DNA from: a virus
Virus record (IMG/VR): IMGVR_UViG_3300031957_002648
Location: 1 to 64,000 of that record
Direction: 5' to 3' (one strand)
DNA length: 64,000 nt
In this document: positions 38,461 through 47,438 of the stretch, piece after piece
Position numbering within the stretch: the first letter of the stretch is position 1
Layout: each line of letters starts with the position of its first letter
The notes under the pieces: generated by a model
Databases searched by the model: none
Told to the model about the DNA's origin: nothing
The model's input: only the letters and a program-made list of their open reading frames with translations
Made by a program: the position numbers and the translations under genes

Positions 38461-38518
38461 TGGTAGTCTCCTAAAAGAATGGAAAGTTAACCTTCTCTGC
38501 CGTAGCAGGATCCGTTTT

Positions 38519-38732
38519 CCCGTTCCTTCAGTCGTGTGCGTCCTTGGTATCAAAACAACTGGGTTCAGTATGTTCGATCCATCTTGTGATGATATCAAAC
38601 TTCTGAGAAGGAGTAAACAGAGTAGAACTCTGAATTCCTTCTTTTAACCATTCATAGTCTTCACACCGAAGATAATCTTCAGGTGGGACATGCATGAATA
38701 ACACAGTCAGCAGTGATAACATAGGATGAACG
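38519..38732 (-). ncRNA. second, split glutamine riboswitch aptamer (glnA/Downstream-peptide family) whose P2 loop holds an ORF
   Basis: 5' half CGTTCATCCT (38732-38723); 3' half AGGACGCACACGACTGAAGGAACGGG (38544-38519). Confidence 0.6.
38528..38722 (-). CDS. 64-aa protein encoded inside the riboswitch aptamer
   Basis: MLSLLTVLFMHVPPEDYLRC...SCFDTKDAHD; hydrophobic N-terminus, two Cys; GGAG 10 nt upstream. Confidence 0.65.
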   Translation of the reverse strand: MLSLLTVLFMHVPPEDYLRCEDYEWLKEGIQSSTLFTPSQKFDIITRWIEHTEPSCFDTKDAHD

Positions 38733-38733
38733 C

Positions 38734-38810
38734 TCCGTTCCGCGACTTACTTGCGTCCTGTGGCGTCTTTCTAGACTATCTGCCTAGCGACTACCACCCG
38801 GATGAACGTA
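38734..38810 (-). ncRNA. glutamine riboswitch aptamer 1 (glnA/Downstream-peptide family)
   Basis: CGTTCATCC...GGACGCAAGTAAGTCGCGGAACGG; P1 CGTTC/GAACG, P2 TCC/GGA extended by GTGG/CCAC and CTAGGC/GTCTAG; begins at the predicted TSS. Confidence 0.75.
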
Positions 38811-38815
38811 TGGCC

Positions 38816-38844
38816 ATTATATGACCTTTCGATTATTTAGTCAA
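38816..38844 (-). promoter_or_regulatory. sigma70-type promoter with overlapping late promoter
   Basis: TTGACT-N17-TATAAT; CTAAATA overlaps the -35. Confidence 0.8.
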
Positions 38845-38851
38845 GTATTTT

Positions 38852-38867
38852 TGTAACATATGATACA
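38852..38867. promoter_or_regulatory. NtcA-binding site
   Basis: TGTA-N8-TACA palindrome (tgtaacatatgataca) just upstream of the -35. Confidence 0.7.
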
Positions 38868-38868
38868 A

Positions 38869-39057
38869 TCACAATTCATAGTCTTTTGACTCTTCAATCA
38901 ATTCATCAATAATCGTCTTTTCTCCACCAGCCCTCTTAATTTGTAAAAAGTTGGATTTTGAGAATTTCTTCAATTTTTTATATTTCTTCAAAAGAGCACT
39001 CATACTTTCTTTAGAAATTTCAACGTCAACTTTCTCTACATCAAATCCTTTACTCAT
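38869..39057 (-). CDS. hypothetical protein
   Basis: 62-aa ORF, MSKGF...LKKYKKLKK. Confidence 0.65.
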   Translation of the reverse strand: MSKGFDVEKVDVEISKESMSALLKKYKKLKKFSKSNFLQIKRAGGEKTIIDELIEESKDYEL

Positions 39058-39128
39058 TTTTGAAAATCCTGTGGCTTGAAAAAATGGCGGAATAATTTTT
39101 CCGAAATATATGGAAGCTAAAGTCGATT

Positions 39129-39293
39129 TTAGCCAGAGAACTCATTTAACATATCTAGTATCTTATTGTATGCATCATGAGCACCATCATGCCAATCACC
39201 ACTTTTGTTTCCATGCACTCCATTATATAATTCATTCTTCATTTTGTAAACTCTTCCTAGTACAGTAGGCTTGTCAATTTGACCTCTCGCCAT
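39129..39293 (-). CDS. conserved cyanophage small protein
   Basis: Hand translation MARGQIDK...RVYKMKNELY...WHDGAH.A.NKILDMLNEF. Confidence 0.65.
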   Translation of the reverse strand: MARGQIDKPTVLGRVYKMKNELYNGVHGNKSGDWHDGAHDAYNKILDMLNEFSG

Positions 39294-39504
39294 TGATTCG
39301 TTCTGCATTTAGTTTATCTAGGTATTTTCTCTCTTCAATATACAAATGATTGTGATTTTTGTCAATATATATCAGTATTCCCTGATGTAACTCAGGAATC
39401 AGCCATTGATCAATACGATAACAATATTTCCAATTGACTGGTCGAATACAATTCATCACCACGACAGACCAGAATGCCGTTAGATGGTTGATAATAGTCA
39501 GCAT
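39274..39504 (-). CDS. hypothetical protein
   Basis: 76 aa, FW.VVVMNC..PVNW.YC...DQWL. Confidence 0.65.
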   Translation of the reverse strand: MLTIINHLTAFWSVVVMNCIRPVNWKYCYRIDQWLIPELHQGILIYIDKNHNHLYIEERKYLDKLNAERINGERSN

Positions 39505-39511
39505 TGATCAG

Positions 39512-39700
39512 TCATGAGAGTGAAGGTAGATTTAGAGTAAGAATAACAAAGATAAAAGCAGAAAATAGAATTGATAATACCACAACACCAGCCGTATCAG
39601 GGTGTTCAACTGCCCAATCAACAAACCGCGCAACACCGAATGCAAGACAGATTCCAAGAAATACGGAGGAGAGTGCAAGAGATAACAGTGAAACAGTCAT
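39512..39700 (-). CDS. small two-TM membrane protein
   Basis: 62 aa, hydrophobic; directly behind a consensus promoter. Confidence 0.6.
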   Translation of the reverse strand: MTVSLLSLALSSVFLGICLAFGVARFVDWAVEHPDTAGVVVLSILFSAFIFVILTLNLPSLS

Positions 39701-39722
39701 GAGTTTGATTGATTACGAAGTC

Positions 39723-39759
39723 ATTATACAATAAAAAACCACCCCTGTCAAGGAGTGGT
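39723..39759 (-). terminator. psbD terminator whose loop is the -35 box of the next promoter
   Basis: ACCACTCC-TTGACA-GGGGTGGT-TTTTT; TTGACA-N17-TATAAT. Confidence 0.8.
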
Positions 39760-39778
39760 GGACGGTTTGGGAAGTGGT

Positions 39779-40834
39779 TTAGAGTGCGTTGCCTCTCGGG
39801 AGAACTTCCTCTGGAAATACAAACTGCTCGTGTGGCTGATCTACTGGTGCCATCCATGCACGGAGCCCTTCGTTGAGCAAGATGTTCTTCGTGTAGAAGG
39901 TCTCAAATTCAGGATCTTCTGCTGCTCTAATTTCTTGAGAGACGAAATCGTAGGCACGAAGATTAAGAGCCAAGCCAATAATGCCAATGGAAGAAGTCCA
40001 GAGACCCATAACAGGAACAAAAAGCATAAAGAAATGCAACCAACGCTTATTGGAGAAGGCGATTCCAAAAATCTGGGACCAGAAACGATTGGCAGTAACC
40101 ATCGAATAGGTCTCTTCTTCTTGAGTAGGCTCGAATGCCTTGAAAGTATTTGATTGTTCACCGTCTTCATAAAGTGTGTTTTCTACAGTAGCACCGTGAA
40201 TAGCACAGAGCAGTGCTCCACCCAGTATACCAGCAACTCCCATCATGTGGAAGGGGTTGAGCGTCCAGTTGTGGAACCCTTGTAGGAACAACAGGAACCT
40301 GAAGATTGCTGCCACACCGAAGGAGGGAGCAAAGAACCAGGACGATTGTCCCAGAGGATAGATAAGAAAGACGCTGACAAAGACAGCGATGGGACCCGAA
40401 AAAGCAATCGCATTATAAGGACGGATTCCAACTAATCGAGCAATCTCAAACTGCCTGAGCATGAAACCTATGAGAGCAAAGGCTCCGTGGAGCGCCACAA
40501 AATTCCAGAGTCCGCCAAGTTGGAGCCAGCGGACGAAATCTCCCTGAGACTCAGGACCCCAAAGTAGAAGAAGAGAATGACCCATAGCGTCAGCAGGAGT
40601 TGACACAGCTGCCGTGAGGAAATTAGCGCCCTCAAGATAACTAGACGCCAATCCGTGGGTATACCAGCTTGTAACAAACGTCGTGCCAGTAAGCCAGCCA
40701 CCAATTGCCAGATAAGCAGTGGGAAAAAGTAATAGTCCAGACCAGCCCACAAATACAAAGCGGTCTCGTTTAAGCCAGTCATCGAGGACATCGAACCACC
40801 CCCTTTGCGGTATATTTAGTGTACTTGTTGTCAT
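39779..40834 (-). CDS. psbD: photosystem II D2 protein
   Basis: [16 protein letters not shown] ... [10 protein letters not shown]. Confidence 0.99.
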   Translation of the reverse strand: MTTSTLNIPQRGWFDVLDDWLKRDRFVFVGWSGLLLFPTAYLAIGGWLTGTTFVTSWYTHGLASSYLEGANFLTAAVSTPADAMGHSLLLLWGPESQGDFVRWLQLGGLWNFVALHGAFALIGFMLRQFEIARLVGIRPYNAIAFSGPIAVFVSVFLIYPLGQSSWFFAPSFGVAAIFRFLLFLQGFHNWTLNPFHMMGVAGILGGALLCAIHGATVENTLYEDGEQSNTFKAFEPTQEEETYSMVTANRFWSQIFGIAFSNKRWLHFFMLFVPVMGLWTSSIGIIGLALNLRAYDFVSQEIRAAEDPEFETFYTKNILLNEGLRAWMAPVDQPHEQFVFPEEVLPRGNAL

Positions 40835-40980
40835 TTTTTGTCTTCCAAAGTTTTGTTTGTAATGATGATCCTCTGACCATCGTGAGTAAATTGCAATTCG
40901 TCATCAGGATGCCACAGTAACTCTTCATACATATCATCGAGTTTCTGGATGTCCTTCCATAGTGCATCTGGATCAGGCAT
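40831..40980 (-). CDS. small acidic hypothetical protein (49 aa)
   Basis: Hand translation [31 protein letters not shown]...; stop overlaps the psbD ATG. Confidence 0.65.
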   Translation of the reverse strand: MPDPDALWKDIQKLDDMYEELLWHPDDELQFTHDGQRIIITNKTLEDKK

Positions 40981-41293
40981 GATGACCTCTAAGCTCAGGG
41001 TTTGGTTGTGACTTAGTTAGGTCCCTACGGGATTGGTTTTTAATAATAATGAAAGCATCTTTATTATACTTACGAGTGCCAATCGGTGACTGCCACTTCT
41101 TATTGTACTCTTCGCCAACATCAATACCAGATACAGATGTACCACCAATCTCTACATCAATCTCGTCAGTTGATTCCCAACCTAGAGTCTTGATTGTTGC
41201 TTGTACTGTGTCCATGATACCGCCTTCTTTCCAGGCAAAGTATTGTGGATCATCTTCCATAACGTGTTCTTCAGGATCGAGTTTACCAATCAT
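40973..41293 (-). CDS. conserved cyanophage hypothetical protein
   Basis: V.IGGT.VSGI......KW....GTRKYNKDAFI.IKN motif. Confidence 0.75.
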   Translation of the reverse strand: MIGKLDPEEHVMEDDPQYFAWKEGGIMDTVQATIKTLGWESTDEIDVEIGGTSVSGIDVGEEYNKKWQSPIGTRKYNKDAFIIIKNQSRRDLTKSQPNPELRGHHA

Positions 41294-41340
41294 AATAATA
41301 CCACACAAAGTAAAGGAAGTGCAATAGATGAAATACCTAT

Positions 41341-41374
41341 AAAAAACCCCGCCACATGAGTGACGGGGTGAAAA
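41341..41374 (-). terminator. intrinsic terminator of psbA
   Basis: ACCCCGTCAC-TCAT-GTGGCGGGGT followed by a T-run. Confidence 0.8.
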
Positions 41375-41389
41375 CTACCGTCAGGCATA

Positions 41390-42469
41390 TCAGCCGATAG
41401 TAGGTGCAGTTAGAGCAACAGGAGTGGACTCAACAGCAGCAAGGTCGAGAGGGAAGTTGTGAGCATTACGCTCATGCATGACTTCCATACCAAGACCAGC
41501 ACGGTTGAGGACATCAGCCCAAGTGTTGAGGACTTTACCCTGACCGTCCATAATGGACTGGTTGAAGTTGAAACCGTTCAGGTTGAAGGCCATGGTGCTA
41601 ACACCAAGTGCAGTGAACCAGATACCAACGACAGGCCATGCTGCGAGGAAGAAGTGCAGTGAACGGGAGTTGTTGAAGGATGCGTATTGGAAGATTAGGC
41701 GACCGAAGTAACCGTGAGCGGCTACAATGTTGTAGGTCTCTTCTTCTTGTCCGAACTTATATCCGTAGTTCTGGGATTCGTTCTCAGTCGTCTCTCGAAC
41801 GAGAGAAGACGTAACCAGACTTCCGTGCATAGCACTAAACAGAGAGCCACCAAATACCCCAGCAACACCGAGCATATGGAAGGGATGCATGAGAATATTG
41901 TGTTCAGCCTGGAAGACGAGCATGTAGTTGAACGTTCCAGAGATTCCCAAAGGCATTGCGTCAGAGAAGGAACCTTGACCGAAAGGATAAACAAGGAAGA
42001 CCGCAGAAGCAGCAGCAACAGGAGCGGAGTAAGCAACACAGATCCAAGGACGCATCCCCAGACGATAAGAGAGTTCCCATTCGCGACCCATGTAAGCATA
42101 GATACCGATAAGGAAGTGGAAGACAACTAGTTGGAAAGGACCACCGTTGTAGAGCCATTCGTCAAGCGAAGCGGCTTCCCAGATGGGATAGAAATGAAGT
42201 CCAATAGCATTGGACGAAGGGACAACAGCACCAGAGATGATGTTGTTACCGTACATCAGAGAACCAGCGACGGGTTCACGGATGCCGTCGATGTCCACTG
42301 GGGGAGCACCGATGAAGGCGATGATGAAACAGGTTGTAGCAGCAAGTAGGCAAGGAATCATCAGGACTCCGAACCAGCCTACATAGAGGCGATTGTTGGT
42401 TGAAGTTACCCAGTTGCAGAACTGTTCCCAAGTATTCGATTGTTGTTGACGTGAAAGAGTAGCAGACAT
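41390..42469 (-). CDS. psbA: photosystem II D1 protein
   Basis: NRLYVGWFG ... [14 protein letters not shown]; uninterrupted. Confidence 0.99.
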   Translation of the reverse strand: MSATLSRQQQSNTWEQFCNWVTSTNNRLYVGWFGVLMIPCLLAATTCFIIAFIGAPPVDIDGIREPVAGSLMYGNNIISGAVVPSSNAIGLHFYPIWEAASLDEWLYNGGPFQLVVFHFLIGIYAYMGREWELSYRLGMRPWICVAYSAPVAAASAVFLVYPFGQGSFSDAMPLGISGTFNYMLVFQAEHNILMHPFHMLGVAGVFGGSLFSAMHGSLVTSSLVRETTENESQNYGYKFGQEEETYNIVAAHGYFGRLIFQYASFNNSRSLHFFLAAWPVVGIWFTALGVSTMAFNLNGFNFNQSIMDGQGKVLNTWADVLNRAGLGMEVMHERNAHNFPLDLAAVESTPVALTAPTIG

Positions 42470-42484
42470 TAGTTTGAACAAAAA

Positions 42485-42590
42485 AGTAAGACCATCAGGG
42501 AAATGGTGGAGTTACTATTTCCTGTCACCCTTAGACAGGATATGAGAGACGTGCTTTATACACCCTATAGGTCTCGGTTTACGGGGTGTT
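42485..42590 (-). ncRNA. PhotoRC-II-like structured psbA leader RNA
   Basis: ACACCC/GGGTGT, GAGAC/GTCTC, TCCTGTC/GACAGGA, ACCAT/ATGGT pairings directly 5' of psbA. Confidence 0.75.
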
Positions 42591-42631
42591 ACAATGGATT
42601 AAAAACCGTTACGTTTCTTAACCCGTTGACC

Positions 42632-42665
42632 TATTTAGTATAGTACGGTTTTCTACCCTCGTCAA
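42632..42665 (-). promoter_or_regulatory. psbA promoter: sigma70-type plus overlapping late promoter
   Basis: TTGACG-N17-TATACT fused to CTAAATA. Confidence 0.8.
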
Positions 42666-42670
42666 GGCCC

Positions 42671-43213
42671 CTAGACCCAAACTACGTTTGATTCTGATAG
42701 GAAACCAGGAGGTGTGTCGTATTGCAACTGTACATCGACCTCATCAATGTTAAATCCACGTCTTCGCGCTGGGTTTCCACCAGAGCCGCCGGTCTGTTCA
42801 AGAAAGACTTCTAACTCCGATCCATTTTGAAGTGCTAAGATACTTGCATCAAAGTTAAATGTAATATCATTAAAAGCTGTTCCTGCTGGTAAGGTAGTAA
42901 TTGTAGAACTTGCCCGAACTGTTTTATTTCCTAAACCATCATCCTCTTGTATTCCAATTGAATAAGTAGGATTATTTGGAGCTAAGTCTGTTCTTTGAAA
43001 TCTAACTCTAGCTGTTTGTAGTCCTACTCCAGTCCGAAGATCTCCAGGTGGTGTAGGAAACGAAACTGCGAGTCTGATATCACCAGATCCAGACCAATTA
43101 ACTGTGGCTCCATCTGGAGTATCAACACCACTATCAATATCAGTTACTACACCCGTTAAATTTGTGAGTTCAGTAATAGCATCTGGAACTAAAGTAATAA
43201 AAGCAAGTGCCAT
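42671..43213 (-). CDS. putative virion protein (beta-sandwich-like)
   Basis: 180-aa ORF, last in the structural operon. Confidence 0.7.
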   Translation of the reverse strand: MALAFITLVPDAITELTNLTGVVTDIDSGVDTPDGATVNWSGSGDIRLAVSFPTPPGDLRTGVGLQTARVRFQRTDLAPNNPTYSIGIQEDDGLGNKTVRASSTITTLPAGTAFNDITFNFDASILALQNGSELEVFLEQTGGSGGNPARRRGFNIDEVDVQLQYDTPPGFLSESNVVWV

Positions 43214-43215
43214 AA

Positions 43216-44511
43216 TTAACGATGAACTAAACGAAGAGCTACGGTTACTAGTGAAACCCCAGATGCAGAATCAACTTCAAACTCTAGAATGTCTCTTGCA
43301 CTCAAGGTTGTTGTCCATGTTGTGAGTGTAAGGTCTTCTGCTTTTTGCGCCGCAGAAAGAGTTGGAAGTTCTGTTCCTGCAATAGAGGCTGTTGTTGGGA
43401 AGTTAGTAAACGTAGCTCTATTTACATCAACAACAATACTACCACTTGCATTTGCAATCACAGTCCATCCAGTGACGGTATAATCAGCATCAATTACAAC
43501 GTGTCCTTTGATTCCTGTCGTAATGTCAGCACCATCACCATCAATAATAAAGTTTAAAGTTTTTGTGTTCGATACGAATGACGCTGCACCCGTTCCATCA
43601 AACTGAAGAACTTCGTTAGCAGCTCCGACTGTCGCTGGAAGTGTTATTGTGTAGTCTGCGGAAGGATTATCAAACTTAATTGCACCATAGTTTGTGCCAG
43701 TGGCATTATAAAAACGAAGAGACGTATTGTTTAAGATATCAATAAAGGTTGCATCAAGATTAATCTCAGTCGATGCAGTATTGGAAATTGTATTTCCATC
43801 AAGTCTAAGACTATCAACATCTAATAGTCCAGTGGTGATAATACCAGTAGAATTAATTTGTTCCACAGAAAGGGTATTACTTACCTGATCATATGCAAAT
43901 GCTGCCTCACCTGTGAAGGTTCCTCCAACATTATATTGAACCTCTCCATTACCTGCACCGCCAGGGTTTTGTGTGGTTCCTGAAGGAGGAATACCCCATG
44001 CAGTATCAGCCTCTGTAGCAGAAACTGGTGGTTGTAAGATAAGAGCATCACCTGCATTACCAATGCTGGATGGTAGATTAATCTTAATGTTTTGAGCTAA
44101 ATTAGTAGATGCTCCAAGAGCAACATACTCCCCACCATTACCATCTTCAAATCTAATCTCATTGCCATCAGAGATGTAAAGATGAGTGCCATCTGTCGTG
44201 GCAGCCATACCAGCAAGAGTTGCTCCACCATCATTATATTGTATCTGTGTATCAGAACCACCTGGAGCTGCCGATACAGTCGTGAATGTAGTAACACCAC
44301 TTGCTTCAATTGAAAGCACTTGGCCCACTGTTCCAAGTTCCTCTGGGAGAGTTAATGTATATCCTGTCCCTATTCTAATATCATCTGGTGCTTTTAAATT
44401 GATAGATTTATTACCAGAACCATCGTCAAGTTGAACCGTTCCACCAGCACCGGCAACACCACCAACAACTTCAGGATACTTTAATATCTGACCTCTACTT
44501 AATTCAGCCAT
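43216..44511 (-). CDS. tail-fibre-like structural protein
   Basis: Repeated L.AP....YTLTLP...G..GQVL..DG.G modules and QIQYN.GG.F.G repeats. Confidence 0.75.
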   Translation of the reverse strand: MAELSRGQILKYPEVVGGVAGAGGTVQLDDGSGNKSINLKAPDDIRIGTGYTLTLPEELGTVGQVLSIEASGVTTFTTVSAAPGGSDTQIQYNDGGATLAGMAATTDGTHLYISDGNEIRFEDGNGGEYVALGASTNLAQNIKINLPSSIGNAGDALILQPPVSATEADTAWGIPPSGTTQNPGGAGNGEVQYNVGGTFTGEAAFAYDQVSNTLSVEQINSTGIITTGLLDVDSLRLDGNTISNTASTEINLDATFIDILNNTSLRFYNATGTNYGAIKFDNPSADYTITLPATVGAANEVLQFDGTGAASFVSNTKTLNFIIDGDGADITTGIKGHVVIDADYTVTGWTVIANASGSIVVDVNRATFTNFPTTASIAGTELPTLSAAQKAEDLTLTTWTTTLSARDILEFEVDSASGVSLVTVALRLVHR

Positions 44512-47429
44512 TACGCTTGTGCCTCCGTCCAGGATAGAATAATGTCAATGTCTGCTGTCTGACCACTATTATTCCTAATGACCAGAGCTAGAGTCTCTGG
44601 ACCATCAGGATAAACATAATTTCCTCCAAGAATAGAATTCTGAAGTTCTTTCACTTCTTGATTAACTTTAAAGTCAACTGTTCCTGAAGAGTTTAAGAAT
44701 CTAAACAGAACTTGACCATCTGTAGGAAGAGTTGTAGTAGTGTTCTCATACTGTGCAAATGATGGTTGAGATGCAACAAGACCACCGGCAATAGTAACCT
44801 CATTGCAATTTAACCAAGTAATGTCTGCTAAATTCCTTGGATTTAATATTGCAGCAATTTCTAAATTCCTTCCTTGTGGGTTGCCAATCTGAACAGACCG
44901 TATCTTAGTGATAGATCTATTGGTAACTTCCCTTTGGCCATATTCTCCAGGAAGACTATCACTCACAGATGGAGCTGGTCTGAATAAAAGAACTGTCTGA
45001 GTTGAGGAAGATGGGAAGTTGGCAATAGTTTTTGAAAGTGTGAACACATATCCGTCGTCCTCGTCAAACGTACCATCCATAATTACGGATGATCCCCAGT
45101 GTGAAATGTTTGGAGAAAACCTACTCATAAGTATAACACCAGTTCCAACTGGATGATCATATGAATTGTTTCCGCTACCATCACCAAAACGTTCTCCAGC
45201 AGAGAAAGATCTATTTTGACCTGCCATCCATGCGGTATATGATGTAGCTGTCGTCACTCCAGTTAGTTGATTTCCAGTTTTACCGGTGTAACTCATAATT
45301 TCATTACGAATAGTACCGCTTTGGTTGCTAGTCAAATAAACATACTCTGGATAAGTTGCTGATGGTGTGGGGAATCTAGATGCATCCTTAAGATTAAGAA
45401 CAGATGTTGTCAATCCAGTTGCAACGGTAAGAGGAGACCCATGATCTCCATTAGAAATTTCATATTTAGTTGGAAGATTTCCACTTCTCATATAAGCTTC
45501 AATATTTCTATTGTTATTGGCAATTCTATGTGCAATAATCCAGTCTCCCAAAGGACCACGAATCATATAGTCAACATGTCCGGCACCATACCAAGAGTAT
45601 TGAATACCAACCATCTGCATTAGAATTGTTGACCCATACAAAGGCATTTTGTATCCTGATGGGCCGGTTCCATCCAACTTATCAAAGTTGAAAAGCCTCT
45701 GTGGAATTCTTTCTTCTTTTACTTTTGTTGCTTGAACATTTGATACTGTTACCCCTCTGAATGAAGGAGAGATGTGCAGTTCTGTATCACTAGTGATAGA
45801 TGTCACAAAGTAAGCTCCACCTCTAATCTGAATACAGTCACCAACGGTCAACTGCTCAGTAAATTTTGTTGGGGTTCCTCCTTGAGTAACTGTGGTGATT
45901 CCAGTAGTGACATCAATAGTTCCGGCTAGTTGGTAAGTAGAAGATCTCTTAACAACATTTATCTCTTGACCATCATACTCCCAATATACTCCATTGAGAT
46001 CATCAAACATTCCAGTCTTAATTGTACTTCCTGTCCAAGTATTGATTCCAACAGTAGTAAAATCGCTAAAAATAGCAGGAGTTGCTGCTGGTGTCGCAAT
46101 GGCATCTACAACAAATGTATATGCGTCTTCAATTCTTTTTACTAGATACGTTCCATCATATCCAGATGTTTCAATACCATCAATCTCAATGCCAATGCCC
46201 GTTTGAAGACCATGTTCAATCTGTGTTTTAAATTCAATTTCTCCTAGTCCAGAATCATAATCAGCCTGTCTTAAATCATAAACTGGATTAAATAAGACGC
46301 CCGTACTATAGTTAATTGCCTTTCCAGACTGATATCTGAAGTAACGCTTAGTCTGTCTCTTTGCAGTTTGTCCTGCTACTGGTAGTCCAACACCTACCTC
46401 TACACCACCATCAAATGGTCTATGCGTAAAGATTGAATCATTTAATGCAAATAATGAAGTTGTCTCTAAACTAATACCACCAGTTGCATCAGCTTGAATA
46501 TCAAAATCAAACTCTGTTCCAGATGTAACTGTACTGATAAAGAACCTACCATCATAAGGTTGAGCCCCAGTGTTGCTATCTACAAATACAATTGGACTGC
46601 CCGGAAATAATCCATGTTCTTGTGTAGTAGTAAGTGAAATTGTTCCAGCTGCATTTCCAGTGGCAGTTTGAATTGCAATTGCTGATTCGGAATATGCAGC
46701 ACCAACTTTAACTTGTGTATAAGGAGTGTTTATAGTTCCTGCTGCGACAACACCCTTGGCTTTGTAAACAGATGTTGTTCCTGTATCATTAAACGGAATA
46801 AAAATTCCTTCAGCATCCCTCTCATTATCCAATCCACTAACTTCAATTGCAGTGATAGTAAGTCCAATTCCAGGACTAGCGACTGCATAGGTGACGGTAA
46901 TGTTGGAGAAAGGTGAAGCTCCATCACTGGAAATTGAGGTTATATCTTCCTGAGGACCTTCATAGGTATAGAATGAGGGTTTTCCTCTATTAACTCCAAG
47001 ATTCTGCCATTTAGTATCTTGAAGTCCATATTCAAAGTCGGCATCAATCAAAGACTGTGGATTAGATACTTTAATTCTTTCTACCGCATCGACTGCAGCA
47101 TCAAACGGCCTAATTGTTAAACCTCTTAACTCATCCTCATAGTAAACTAACAGACGATCATTGTCTGCCATTCCGGCACCGGCAGTATCAAAATCAAATG
47201 TAAAAGTACAAGTGCCATCAAGTGAATATGGGAAGTCAGCATCCTGACCTAGAGGCAAATGCTCATGCTGTCTAGTGGCACCTTTTCCAAGAGTTCCCGT
47301 TGCAAAAATAATAGTCTCACGAGTAACATTGATAACTGCGAGAAGAGCTTCAAGTTCAATGTGACCAGGGACTTTTAAAGTCCCTGCCGAAGCATCAAAT
47401 ACATATCTTTCTTCTTGTCTTTTTGCCAT
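44511..47429 (-). CDS. virion structural protein
   Basis: 972 aa; Y.FD N-terminus, VSNPQSLIDADFEYGLQ, RQTKRYFRYQSGK, YSWYGAG cyanophage structural family. Confidence 0.8.
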   Translation of the reverse strand: MAKRQEERYVFDASAGTLKVPGHIELEALLAVINVTRETIIFATGTLGKGATRQHEHLPLGQDADFPYSLDGTCTFTFDFDTAGAGMADNDRLLVYYEDELRGLTIRPFDAAVDAVERIKVSNPQSLIDADFEYGLQDTKWQNLGVNRGKPSFYTYEGPQEDITSISSDGASPFSNITVTYAVASPGIGLTITAIEVSGLDNERDAEGIFIPFNDTGTTSVYKAKGVVAAGTINTPYTQVKVGAAYSESAIAIQTATGNAAGTISLTTTQEHGLFPGSPIVFVDSNTGAQPYDGRFFISTVTSGTEFDFDIQADATGGISLETTSLFALNDSIFTHRPFDGGVEVGVGLPVAGQTAKRQTKRYFRYQSGKAINYSTGVLFNPVYDLRQADYDSGLGEIEFKTQIEHGLQTGIGIEIDGIETSGYDGTYLVKRIEDAYTFVVDAIATPAATPAIFSDFTTVGINTWTGSTIKTGMFDDLNGVYWEYDGQEINVVKRSSTYQLAGTIDVTTGITTVTQGGTPTKFTEQLTVGDCIQIRGGAYFVTSITSDTELHISPSFRGVTVSNVQATKVKEERIPQRLFNFDKLDGTGPSGYKMPLYGSTILMQMVGIQYSWYGAGHVDYMIRGPLGDWIIAHRIANNNRNIEAYMRSGNLPTKYEISNGDHGSPLTVATGLTTSVLNLKDASRFPTPSATYPEYVYLTSNQSGTIRNEIMSYTGKTGNQLTGVTTATSYTAWMAGQNRSFSAGERFGDGSGNNSYDHPVGTGVILMSRFSPNISHWGSSVIMDGTFDEDDGYVFTLSKTIANFPSSSTQTVLLFRPAPSVSDSLPGEYGQREVTNRSITKIRSVQIGNPQGRNLEIAAILNPRNLADITWLNCNEVTIAGGLVASQPSFAQYENTTTTLPTDGQVLFRFLNSSGTVDFKVNQEVKELQNSILGGNYVYPDGPETLALVIRNNSGQTADIDIILSWTEAQA

Positions 47430-47438
47430 TGTACTTTT

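Noticed and set aside
38296-38598. 100-aa version of the DUF4278 ORF
   Set aside because: The extension runs through the riboswitch; the ATG at 38460 has a good Shine-Dalgarno and gives the expected size.
39779-42469. Group I intron or homing endonuclease in or between psbA and psbD
   Set aside because: Both genes are uninterrupted, and the two intervening ORFs show no nuclease motifs I recognise.
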